This document shows, piece after piece, positions 54,501 to 64,000 of a DNA stretch of 64,000 nt. The translations under genes and the position numbers were made by a program. The stretch's first letter is position 1, and each line of letters opens with the position of its first letter. The notes beneath the pieces were generated by a model. That model saw only the letters and a program-made list of their open reading frames with translations, was not told where the DNA came from and did no database searches. This DNA comes from Antechinus flavipes (lineage: Eukaryota). Location of the stretch: contig NC_067398.1 of the NCBI RefSeq assembly GCF_016432865.1, positions 653,232,001 to 653,296,000 of the forward strand, given 5' to 3'.

Positions 54501-55838
54501 TGTTCAGAGAAATTCAGTGTATGTGCGTAGGGGGCAGGGGCAGCTGGCACTAACCATCCTGGTATCCAGTCCCCCAAAGCTGGATGAGGAATGCCCAGGA
54601 CACTGGATCTGGCCAGAGGGGACTGAACAGACCCTAGAATGCACAGCCAGAGGAAATCCAGCCCCCGCTGTGAAATGTGTCCTAGCAAACAAACGGGGGA
54701 GATATTAGTTGGGATTCCCCAGTGGGTCACACGGACCCTCAATAGTACTTGCCTCTGCACCGCTAACAACTCCCTGGGAGAAGCAAACAAGTCTGTGCGG
54801 GTGGTCGTGCAAAGTGAGTGACCAGGGAGCTGACCTGGGAGGGAGGGAAGGGTGGCTCAAGTTCGGGAGCAGGGCCTTATTCTGAGGGGACTGAGAACAA
54901 GGTAAATTTCATCTCTTAGAAGGCAGGAAAGCTACACACACCCCCCCTTTTCTCATTGATGAGCACAGAGCTCTGTAGTTTCTAGATAAATCAGTGTTCA
55001 ATAAAATGGATGAATGAGACAACATTTTAGGAGGGTCACAGAGAAACCCAGGCACAGACTAATGAAGGCTCTGCAGCTGGGGAATTGTCTGAAGAAACCG
55101 GGTATGTTTAACCTGGAGGAAAAAAAAAGCATTAGGAATAGAGAGGCAGGAAAAATATATCTATTCTATTGCACATGTGTAACATTTATTAGATTACTTG
55201 CTGTTTGGGGGGGGAGAAGGAAAGGAGAAAAAAAACTAGAACACAAGGTTTTGCAAGGGTGAATGTTAAAAACCATGTGGATGTTTTGAAAATAAAAAGC
55301 TTTTAAAAAAACTATAACTATTCTATTATCTCTAGGAAAATGTGATAAAATTACACTTGTTCTGCCTGAAGCCAAATGAGGTAGGGGTAAGGAGGAAGCA
55401 ACAGAGAAGATTTAATCTCAACATGAGAAAAAAAAAAAGCAAACTTCCTAAAAATAGAATGGGCTGCCTCAGTGGTGAATTCATGTTCATCATCACTGGG
55501 AGTGTCTGAGCCTAAAGAATTTAGGAAACTTTAATAAGGGTACTTCCCCTTGGAGGGATTCGATGGGATTTGCTCTGCAGTCCTGTCCAGTTCTAGAGTC
55601 TTGAGTAAGACAGGGCCACGGAATACTCATTGAGTTCTCCTTCCTTCCAGTCCATGAAGAAATGGACCTGACTCCAGTTCTCATCGGCATACTGGTCAGC
55701 GTGCTGGCTGTGAGTGTTCTGAGCTTCATGGGATACATCTATTACCGGCAGCGGCGAATTAGGAGTTATGAACTGAAGAAGGCACAGGAGGCTAGAGCCA
55801 TGCAGCTGATGAAGCCAGAGGCCAAACTCTGCCCCTAG
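48460..55838 (+). CDS. ICAM1: Intercellular adhesion molecule 1 (7 exons; exon 6 frameshifted as assembled)
   Basis: Signal 48460-48526, D1 49178-49453, D2 53150-53482, D3 53805-54089, D4 54180-54422, D5 54570-54813, TM/cytoplasmic 55651-55838. All phase-1 junctions except D5. GLET integrin motif, [16 protein letters not shown] tail, syntenic position. Confidence 0.92.
49178..49453 (+). CDS. ICAM1: ICAM1 exon 2 (Ig D1)
   Basis: [21 protein letters not shown]...WKAFRLSNV...[21 protein letters not shown]; four Cys; Glu34- and Gln73-equivalent residues present. Confidence 0.96.
50870..51140 (+). mobile_element. Two adjacent short L1 3' tails
   Basis: Each starts at tgccatctagg and ends with a polyA signal and an A-rich tail. 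Confidence 0.75.
52140..52965 (-). mobile_element. L1 3' fragment with internal deletion
   Basis: Reverse strand gives decayed KCWRRCGK...LMHCWW...FWRVIW and REMQIKT motifs. Confidence 0.8.
53150..53482 (+). CDS. ICAM1: ICAM1 exon 3 (Ig D2)
   Basis: [26 protein letters not shown]...[23 protein letters not shown]. Confidence 0.96.
53805..54089 (+). CDS. ICAM1: ICAM1 exon 4 (Ig D3)
   Basis: [31 protein letters not shown]...[21 protein letters not shown]. Confidence 0.96.
54180..54422 (+). CDS. ICAM1: ICAM1 exon 5 (Ig D4)
   Basis: [12 protein letters not shown]...NLTCQV...[16 protein letters not shown]...[10 protein letters not shown]|gtgagt. Confidence 0.94.
54570..54813 (+). CDS. ICAM1: ICAM1 exon 6 (Ig D5), disrupted by two apparent 1-nt deletions
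   Basis: [36 protein letters not shown] is in one frame and [39 protein letters not shown] in another; 244 nt versus 246 expected. Confidence 0.85.
55651..55838 (+). CDS. ICAM1: ICAM1 exon 7 (TM and cytoplasmic tail)
   Basis: [62 protein letters not shown]. Confidence 0.95.
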
Positions 55839-56269
55839 AGGGGGGTCCCACCCTTCCCTGCACAAGCACTTTTTTGGAGAGCCCCAGGGCTGGCCCCAAA
55901 AGCCTGAAGCCTGGGCCGGGAAGCTGCCTGAGCTCTTCCTGGCTGTCAGCACAGTGCGAGAGCTTACTCACCTCTGGCTTTGAGGAACCTGCAGTCTCTT
56001 TGGAGCCACATAACCAGGGGGATGGGAAGCCGAGGTGATGAGAATTGTGGGGCTGAAAAAGATGTGGCTGACTACTGATCCCTGGGACCCAGGGACCTGG
56101 GAGCACAAGAAGGCTCCTGTGGAGCCCTGGGCCTTGCCCAGCACAGAAGGATAAACACTAGCTGAGGGCTGCTTCAGCACTTGGAGCTGGAAAGAGGGGG
56201 AAAAGGTGGAATAAGGCGGAGATAGTTGGGTGTCCTGGCCCATAGCTTGTGGTCTTTTCTACTCCTCCC

Positions 56270-56275
56270 AATAAA
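56270..56275 (+). terminator. ICAM1 polyadenylation signal
   Basis: AATAAA ~430 nt after the stop. Confidence 0.6.
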
Positions 56276-56406
56276 ACTTGACCAATGTCTCTGACTCTAC
56301 TTCTGGGGCAACCAAACACTGGTCCCCTACTCCCCAACCTGACCTTGGACTCGGTGGGAAACAAAAGCATCGGAAGGGTGGAGTGGGTGCCACGGACTGT
56401 CAGTGA

Positions 56407-56980
56407 TTGGTTGGTTGGTTTCCTTCATTCTCAAAAAGGACCCAAATGAATCACTGGGTTTGAATGGAGTTAACGTGTCTGACTGAGGTCATCCGAGCTC
56501 TCTGAGCTGTCACAGGTTGGACACAGATAGTCCCTATGAAGGCAGACTCTCTAACTTGGCCCATCTTGAGTTTTTTCTGAGCTAGTTCAGTTGTGCTTTC
56601 TCAGAGAGGGTACACCGTGCTGGGAGGCGTGTCCTGTGCCAGTGTCTCCCATGTCATACAATCAATTCTAAATTTCTTGAGTGTCTTTGTTTCAATTTTT
56701 TGGGCTGCCTTGTGAGTACTTGCCCTGGGTGAGCTCCCTCAGATAGTCTTTTTGGTAATTTGACATTTGAACAATGTGCCCAGCCCAACGCAGTTGGCTC
56801 TTCGGTACAGCTGGGATGTCCGGTAGTTTTGTTCCATAAAGGACCTCGGGGCCCCATACCTTCTCCTGCCTTCAGAATCTCCCTAAGGCAAGTGAAATGG
56901 AAACGCTTCAGTTTCCTGGCCTGGCAGACTGTCCAGGTTTCACAGGCACACAATGCGGTCTGCGGCTCTGGAGACCTTCA
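56407..56980 (-). mobile_element. RTE-clade LINE 3' fragment
   Basis: Decayed ACETWTV...RKLKRFHFTCLREILK...WAH...LPKRL RTE RT C-terminus; caac-repeat tail. Confidence 0.85.
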
Positions 56981-57476
56981 GGTTGTCGGTCAGTCTGACA
57001 CCTCCCCTCTCCCCCACCTTCCTCAGATCTCCCAGACAGTGAATTACCTCTGGCAGTGAGTGCCTGCTCATACACGCACAAGCCCTGAAACACTCACACA
57101 CTCTGTCTCTTTCCTTCTTCCTCCCTCCCTCTGCCTCTCTGTCTGTCTGTCTGTCTCACATACCCACACAATAACTGAAGAGTTCCATTAAGGGGGAATT
57201 CCATTCTCCTAAGGTGGCCTATTTAACTACTGTGGGCCAGCTCTCCTTAAGCACTTCTCCCTGACATTGAGCTCCTTGCTCTTTTTTCTTATTTCTCTTA
57301 TATTTTTACTTATTTCTTATTATTTACTTATTTCTCTTTGTTCTACCCTCTGGGAGCAAGCAGAACATCCCTAATCACATGATGCTCTTTAATGAATTGA
57401 AAGCATCTATTAGTCACACTTTCCCCCACCTTCTTTTCTTCCAGTTGAACATTCCCAGTTCTTAAAAAATTTTCTT

Positions 57477-57753
57477 GCTAAGCATGGTGTCTGCATCTGT
57501 CATCCTTGCTACTAGAGGATGGGGTTGGTGGATTGCTTGAGTTCTGAACTGCAGCAGCTGAAATAAATGAACAAACAGGAATGATGAATGAGTACCGACA
57601 ATGGTTAGGAGTAGGGGACCATCAGGTTGCCTAAGGAAGACTGAGGCTGCCCAGATTGGAAAAAACAGGTTAATGGTTCCATGCAGAGCCATGAGTGACT
57701 ATTGTATATCCAGTCCTGGGGAAATTGGGAGCCGCTGTTTCAAAAACAAAAAA
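57477..57753 (+). pseudogene. Degenerate full-length 7SL (SRP) RNA retrocopy
   Basis: Colinear anchors to 7SL: gctaagcatggtg...ctgtcatcc.tgctact, ggattgcttgagt, ggggaccatcaggttgcctaagga, gcccagattggaaa...caggt, tccagtcctggg, then an A-rich tail. Confidence 0.85.
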
Positions 57754-59147
57754 GTCACATGGCAGGCTTGCTAATGTGTTTCCTAAAATGAAACATCCAG
57801 AAATGAACACAGTATTCTATGGATAGCCTGGTATGTCGAAGGACAGCATTAGGCTCACCCTCTGATTGAGTTTGACTTTCACTTTCATTTTATTAGATTT
57901 TGTTGGGAGGTTCAAACTGCCAAGACTTTTTTGGAATACTCTTGCATCCAATGTCTCAGCTCTTACTCTAGCTTTGTTTCATGTATAAATTTCATAAAAG
58001 GGCCCCAAATTTTATAAGCTTAAATAAAGGTCTTTATTTAAGTCACAGATAAAAATACTAAATAGCACTGGTCAAATATGGAATCCTGAGATCCTTTGCT
58101 TCTGAATGGGCATGGAGCCATTAATCACTGACTTTTGGGTCATCCCATTCAGGGAGCCCTAAAGCCACTTAATTTTTACAATTGTCTAGCTCTCCATTTT
58201 TAAACATTTCTAGCTTGGTGCTAGAGTAAACTCACAAAGGCATAGTACAAAATATTTAAAATTTTTGACAAATAATAGGACTTTGGTTATTTTGGGGGAT
58301 GGAGAATTGCTATAAAAAATTTCTGAGACACAGTACACAGTACACAGGGACATAGTACATAGAATACACCGAACTGAGAAAGCGTGAGAGCTCCAGTCTG
58401 GCCTAAAATCTCTTTTTTTCATTAGTGAGAATATTATGACTTTCTCAAAATCCTTTGTTAAAACTATATACCTACAGTAGTCTTATGAAAGCTCTACCAA
58501 CCTAGAAACCTGGTTGAAAAGGGGGAGGAAGATAGTTCGATATGACCTTTTCCTCCTCTGACACTGAATACTCTCTGACTTAATGGTGCATGGGATATCT
58601 ATTATGTCTCTTGGAGAACAAATATCTACTTCCTAATCCCCCTTTGGGAAGAACTTTATATCCATGGCTTATCTTTAATACCTTCAGTAGTCCTTTCCTT
58701 TCTTCTTTGCTGCTTCAACTTCCCAAATTCTTCCTCTCCTGTCACTTTCCCTTCTTCCTTTTATACTGACACCCATTTTTAAAGTAAACATTTTATTTTA
58801 TTATACCTAGGAGCGGGGTAAGGCATTCCTGTTCCTCAAGGCCCTTTGCTAGCTCCTTTTCTAAGAGGAAGCCCAGCCTTCACTCCAGCACAGTCAGACA
58901 TTCCCCTTTCCCCACCTCCACCATCACTTCCTAACTTCCTATCATATGTCCAAAGATCCACTTACATACTTGCTCCCACACAGAACTCCAGGACCCTGTT
59001 CTGGCTTATCTGGCTCAATGGCCAGGGGAGGGGGGGTTGGAAGAGGGGTATAGATGGATGCACCCCCTTCTGACAAACTCTGTCAGGGGGTGGGGGAGAG
59101 TATTATCCCTCCTGCTGGCTCTTAACATAGAGGGCCTCAGAGGGCCA

Positions 59148-59173
59148 GGGTGGGGCTGCCTGTGACCTTATCT
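59148..59173 (+). promoter_or_regulatory. ICAM4 erythroid-type promoter (CACC/KLF box and GATA)
   Basis: gggtgggg 59148-59155 and cttatct (AGATAAG on minus) 59167-59173 just upstream of the ATG; no TATA. Confidence 0.7.
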
Positions 59174-59213
59174 CTGTGCCTTCCGAGAGGCCCTCAGTCC
59201 CGGGATCCTCGCC

Positions 59214-59277
59214 ATGAAGGCACCCTCCCCTCTTGCCTTCCTGATCCTGCTGCTGGCTGCCGCTGGTGGTGGCCAAG
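59214..59277 (+). CDS. ICAM4: ICAM4 exon 1 (signal peptide)
   Basis: gccATGA; MKAPSPLAFLILLLAAAGGGQ|gtgaga; phase 1. Confidence 0.85.
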
Positions 59278-60964
59278 GTGAGAAACTGAAGGGGGTTGGA
59301 TAGGACTCGGCTAGGAGGCCAGTCTCCTGGACTGATCTGGAACTTTAGCAGACACCTTCCCCAGGAGTCCCCTAGGTGCTGAGGTTGGGGGCGGGGGGCT
59401 ACAAGAGGAAAGATGAGAGATTATAAGTAGAAGTCTGAATCCTTCACTCTGTAACTTCTTTCTCAGGACTCCTGGATTGTGTGGACTGTGGGTGTATAAG
59501 GTGGGGAGGGGAATGAAAGCCTGGAGGCCCTCCTCCCCAAACTCCCCTTCTTCATCTCTCTCTTCTTCCTAGCCTCAGTTGGAGGCTGACGGGTTAGGAG
59601 TATTCCAAGGTCTGTCTCACCCCTTACTTCCTAAGGGGCTTCCTTCAGTGCCAGAGCATTTCTGAGCTCTAATATGGCCTTAGGAAAGGCCAAGATTAGT
59701 TTGGAATGATGGGATCAAGGGAGAGAAAGTTCGGGCGCCTGGGAGCTCAGAAAATTGACCCTCTCTTCATGGCTCCCTCCACAGAGGCCCGCAGGCCCTT
59801 CTGGGTTCAAGCCTTGCCCCGAGAGGTGAGCGTATCCCCTGGCAGTTCCGTTTGGATTAACTGCAGCACAAGCTGTGCCCAGCCAGAAGCCTGGGGACTG
59901 ATCACTTCACTGACTCAGGGCAAAAAGGTGGCAGGACCAGGATGGGCCGCTTTCCAGGTGCTGCATGTGAGGAGGTGGGATTCAGCGGTCCGATGCTTCT
60001 TCACATGTGCGGGAGAAACCCAGGAGGCCACTGCCACAATCAGGGCCTACAGTGAGTGGAAGGGGTCAGCGCCCTGGCTCTCAGAGCCTCCCGGGTGGTC
60101 GTGGGCTGGAGCTGGCTCGGCCCTGGGACGTGTGGGGCTCCAGGGGTCTCTGGCTTCCAGCGGCTGAGGATTGGGAGGGCTGTAGGGCTCAGAGAGGATG
60201 TGGGTGACCAAAGCGGTTGTCTCCACCCTGCCTCTCCCTTTCCCCAGGCCCCCCGAGCACCGTGGTCTTGGAACAGCCGCCCCTCCTGGACCTGGGCACC
60301 GAGTACCAGTTGCGATGCCGGGCATTCTTTGTCTTCCCTGTGGAGAGGCTAACTATGATCCTGAAACTCGGGGGCAGAGTCCTGTGGTCCACTAGCTTAG
60401 CGGGATCCGGTGACAGCCTGTACTCAGCCAATGTGACCTGGACCTTCACACTCCATCCCCGCCTCCAGGACATAGGGCAGCTCATGTCCTGCCATGCACA
60501 GCTTAACCTAAACAGCGTCCTGGTCACTCGAAGCTCCAAGCCCGTGAAGCTCCACTTCCGAGGTAAGGTCCCAAGCGGGAGGCCCACCCACAAGGGCCCC
60601 GTGGGAGGTCCTGGCTGTGGGAATTAGGGAGTCATTGCTCGCTGCCTGCTTCAGCTGGAGAAGGAGGCTGGGCGGGAAGGAACGGGGTGCTGGGAGAGGA
60701 GAAAAGACGGCAAGATACTAGGAGGGAAGGAGAAGTGGAGCTTCAGAAAAGCTCGCTGACCTCACCTCCTGCCCTTCCTTCCTCTTTTGTGCAGAGAACC
60801 CGTTGTCTCGAGTGGTAGCCTGGGTCGCCTTAGCAGCCCTGGCTGGGCTCCTGCTTCTTACGGCTTCAGGTGCGTTCCTCCTGCAGCCCAGGGGCCAGCT
60901 GCAGCCAAAAGGCGCCTGCCTCCCCCAGGTGGAATCCCAGCTGAGAAGGTGTTTGGGACGTTGA
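59214..60964 (+). CDS. ICAM4: Intercellular adhesion molecule 4 (LW glycoprotein), 4 exons
   Basis: Exons 59214-59277, 59785-60051, 60248-60562, 60795-60964 in frame. PFWV...NCSTSC.QP...QGK...GPGW...FQVLHVR.W...TCAG (D1 lacks the GLET Glu), VFPVERL...ANVT...CHAQLNLNS (D2), TM, short tail. Confidence 0.94.
59785..60051 (+). CDS. ICAM4: ICAM4 exon 2 (Ig D1)
   Basis: ctccctccacag|EARRPFWVQALP...ATIRAY|gtgagt. Confidence 0.94.
60248..60562 (+). CDS. ICAM4: ICAM4 exon 3 (Ig D2)
   Basis: SPPSTVVLEQPP...YQLRC...SSKPVKLHFR|gtaagg. Confidence 0.95.
60795..60964 (+). CDS. ICAM4: ICAM4 exon 4 (TM and tail)
   Basis: ENPLSRVVAWVALAALAGLLLLTASGAFLLQPRGQLQPKGACLPQVESQLRRCLGR*. Confidence 0.88.
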
Positions 60965-61399
60965 CAGCAAGAAGTGACGGGACAGATAAAGGCAGAAAGC
61001 CGAGCCCCAAATAGTGCCTTTGACCCTATTGGCCTCCTAACAAACTGGAAAGGATGCTCCTCCTCCGGCCCTCCCTCGGATCCCCGAGCCAGCCGGCCGT
61101 ACCGGCTTAAGTTTAAGGAAACGGAAGTTCCAGCCTAGCCACAGTCCTGGGCTCCACGTTGTTGGGCTCTTCGAGCAGCAAAGAACTCGGGTGACCAACC
61201 CGGGGGAGGGGAAAGACTTCCAGCGGAGGGGGAAGACACCTGGGTCCAAATCTCTATGTTGCTATAGCTGTGTGGTCTTGAGCAAACTACTGAGCCGTGG
61301 TTTTTCCTCCTAAAAAATGAGAATAATCCCTACCTCACTGGTAGTAAGTAACGTGCTTCTTAAACCTTAAAGACTATAGGAATGCTCGCGCTCCATCGG

Positions 61400-64000
61400 C
61401 TCGCCTTTCTGCCCCCTCCCTCCCCCCGCCCCTTCCCCCGTACTGCTAGCGCACTGGCGGAGCTCTAGACCACAGTCCGTAGCCAGATGCGTCACCCCAC
61501 ATCTTTCACAAGGTAGACTCTAGACTACCGGCTTCCGGTCTCCGGATTTAGAGCAGGAGGCCCAGGGGTCTGAATAAGCCCAGGTCCGCCGGAGCCTCAA
61601 GGTCCCCAATCACCCCCTGTTGGGAACGGAAAATCGGGGGTGGGGGAAACCAGGATGACAGTCCGAGTCTATTGCCTGGGGGTGCCAGAGCGGGCGGGGC
61701 CTCGAAGGAAAGAGAAACCCCAGAACCGAGGCTTCTCCCCATTTGGCCCCCATAACCGGGCCGCTCTCCCCACCCCCGGGCGCCTTATCGAAGCGCAGCA
61801 GTAGGCGGAGAAGGCGGAGTCGAGTGGGGAGGGACTGAGGCCACATGGGGGGCTAGCGGTTCAGAGGGCCATCGGCTTACAGACCAGACCCTGGGACCCA
61901 ATTGGCTCGGCTCCCGCGGGCGGAACAGATCTGATTGGTCGGTTTACGAGCCCACAAGCCCTATGGTTTGCGCGGAGGGCTAGGTGAGGACAGAGGAGGG
62001 GGCTGCGCCTAGCCGGGGCCCAGGTAGGTCCATAACGCGTTGGTTCCCTCGTGTAGCGAGCTCAGGGTTCTGCTCAGAAAGACCTATTTTCGGCTCTCGC
62101 ACACAAGAAGGCCTACGCAAAGACACTCGTCCCTCCCACGCTTAGTAAATCCGGACACCAACGAAAAGCCCCTAATTGCGATTTCCACCGACACGATGCG
62201 CGCTGTACACATGCGCTCGTGCACACTCCGGCACACACGCACACACACGCACGCACAGACTCGGCTGTCTCCAGAGGCAACTGGGCTCTGCCTCCCACCC
62301 TCCTTTCGGTGTGTGGTGCGCGGGGGCGCTGAGAACAACGGTCCCTGACTCTCCTGAGCTAGTAGGACCGTGAGAAGCCGCTCTTCGGTGAAGGAAGGGT
62401 GGAGCCAGGAAATGGGAAGAAGAGAAGCGCACCCGACCTTTGGGATCCCCGGGACAGGAGAGAGTAGGAGGGACCACCAAGAACCCCCCCTTCCTACACT
62501 TGCCCTGCTCTCCCTCAGCCCTCCCCCGCCACACCCCGCCGCCCGCCGGGGTCTCAGCCTCGGAGAAGTCGTCAGCGGCCGGCCTGCTTCGGGTCTCCTA
62601 GGTTCGAATCTGGCCCAGGCCGTCCCCAAGGGATCGTTCGCAGAGCTCCGCTCCCCTCACCCCCACCCCGACTCCCCGTAGGGCCGCCGTGGCCAGGATG
62701 GGGGCGGGGCCTGGGGAAGGCTTTTTGTGCCTGAACGGCCGGGGAAGGAAGTCTGAGGTTAACAGCACTCTCAGCCTGCGCGGTTTTTCGCCATCGAGCC
62801 CAATTCCAGCCGTCAGGCGCGGGTGGTGTGGGAGCCGCGTCCTTCCTTTCACGGGGCCCGGGGAGATGAGAGTAGTCTCCTCCCCGCGGGCGGGACGGAG
62901 CTGACGCGTGCGGGTTCCAGAAAGCCTCCGCTGAGGCGTCGCAGTTCACACCTACTTCCCGCCCCCACGCGCCCGGACTTAGCGGCCCAGTGGCTATTCT
63001 CCCGGCGCTGTGGCCGCTCGGCTGGGGTTAGCGAGGCTTGGTGGGCACGGCTGCGTGGAGGGGCGAGAAAACCAGCCCTCGTTTCCAGCCGCGGAGGCTG
63101 CTGGAAAGGTTCCCGTGGCTCAATTTAATTCAATTCAGCAAGCATTTGTTACGCACCTACTATGTGCAAGACGGTGGTAAGCGCTGCTGGAAACGGCAAT
63201 CCCGAGCCAAGGATGCTCCAGTTGCCTAAGGGTCTCTCGTTTCTTGTTTCCTCACGCTTCTGAGCCTCGCTCCTGCTCTCCTGCTCCTCTCCGCTCCCCT
63301 CTTCTCTCCTTCCTCTCCTGTCCTCTCCCCTCTTCTCTCCTTCCAGCCGCCTCTGCCTCTGCCTCCTCCTCCTCCTTGGATACCAAGTTACCAACGTTAA
63401 ACCAATCCCCAAGCGCAACTTGGCCTCCTCCACACCCTGCCCCGCCCCGCCGCGCCGAGCCCAGGCAAGCGTCCTCCCCGTTTCTCCCTCTCGTCCTCTT
63501 CCTCACCCTCTCCATCTCCGCTTCCCTGCGCTCCGGCTCCGCCGGCAATGACCTTCTCTCGGCCGCTGCTGCTCCGGGCACTGCTCGCCCTTGTGGGGTC
63601 CCTCTGTCTGGGGCTGCTTGCCCTCTCAGGTAAGAGTCGCCCCATCCCACGCCTGTAGGACCTGGACAGGGGGTAGGTATCCCCGACTTGCAGAAGCGGC
63701 TGATTCCCCGTGGAGCTGCGATCCGTCTGTGTCGACCTTACAACCCCAGCCAGCCAGGGGAGAAGTGAATGGTAGCCCATTCCGCTTAGGCCCCCAAACC
63801 CGCTCCATCCCCCACCCCGGGCCGTGCGCGCTCCCGCCCGCCCCCGCGGCACGCGGCTTGGGGGCCAAGGATCTCCGACGTTCCTCTCCTTTTTACCAAG
63901 TCCCGAAGCTCTTGACACTACTTGAAGGATCAGGAGGAAAGTGAGACTGGAGATTTCTCGCTCAGTGGCTAAGATCTCAGAAGGCATAGGAACGCGAGAA
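61400..64000. promoter_or_regulatory. CpG island between ICAM4 and ICAM5 / ICAM5 promoter
   Basis: Continuous high CpG density; ETS, CCAAT and GC-box motifs. Confidence 0.75.
63548..63629 (+). CDS. ICAM5: Intercellular adhesion molecule 5 (telencephalin) exon 1, signal peptide; gene continues beyond the window
   Basis: 82 nt, MTFSRPLLLRALLALVGSLCLGLLALS|gtaaga; matches the recalled human MPGPSPGLRRALLGLWAALGLGLFGLS in length and splice context; syntenic position. Confidence 0.85.

Noticed and set aside
54508-54526. Micro-exon that would repair the D4-D5 phase mismatch
   Set aside because: The best donor (gtatgt) gives the wrong phase. Phase-correct options need weak donors and 43-53 nt introns, and the second frameshift would remain.
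48460-55838. ICAM1 as a full pseudogene, or as ICAM3
   Set aside because: Six of seven exons, all their splice sites and the promoter are intact. Position between MRPL4 and ICAM4, the GAS/kB promoter and the tail sequence indicate ICAM1.
56654-56953. 99-aa ORF as a host gene
   Set aside because: Decayed RTE reverse-transcriptase C-terminus.
59706-59784. ORF-track start MMGSRERK... for ICAM4
   Set aside because: No signal peptide. It lies in an intron ending in a clear pyrimidine tract and cag, and an upstream signal exon fits in phase.
62900-63540. REST/NRSE site expected for neuron-specific ICAM5
   Set aside because: No convincing match to TTCAGCACCnnGGACAG found by eye; a PWM scan would be needed.

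Overview
Mammalian genomic DNA, almost certainly marsupial (CORE-SINE/Mar1, RTE and marsupial-type L1/LTR repeats; a dasyurid is my inference). It is syntenic with human 19p13.2: DNMT1(-), S1PR2(-), MRPL4(+), ICAM1(+), ICAM4(+), ICAM5(+). I reconstructed these gene parts by hand with phase-consistent GT-AG junctions: the first 10 coding exons of DNMT1 (the gene runs off the left edge), the single-exon S1PR2 CDS, all 9 MRPL4 exons, 7 ICAM1 exons, 4 ICAM4 exons and ICAM5 exon 1. Most ORF-track entries are noise from CpG islands or repeats. Main oddities: (1) the ICAM1 domain-5 exon has two separate 1-nt deletions plus a Tyr>Cys change while all other exons are intact, so it is either an assembly error or a skippable dead exon giving a 4-domain ICAM1; (2) ICAM1 domain 4 has an extra Cys pair; (3) ICAM4 keeps a signal-peptide intron absent from human ICAM4; (4) the DNMT1 N-terminus is compact and chicken-like; (5) a solo LTR sits ~0.8 kb upstream of the DNMT1 ATG; (6) a full-length 7SL retrocopy; (7) conserved or candidate NF-kB/STAT modules at ICAM1 and in the S1PR2 intron. 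There is one 196-N gap. All comparisons with human or chicken sequences are from memory, not from an alignment.
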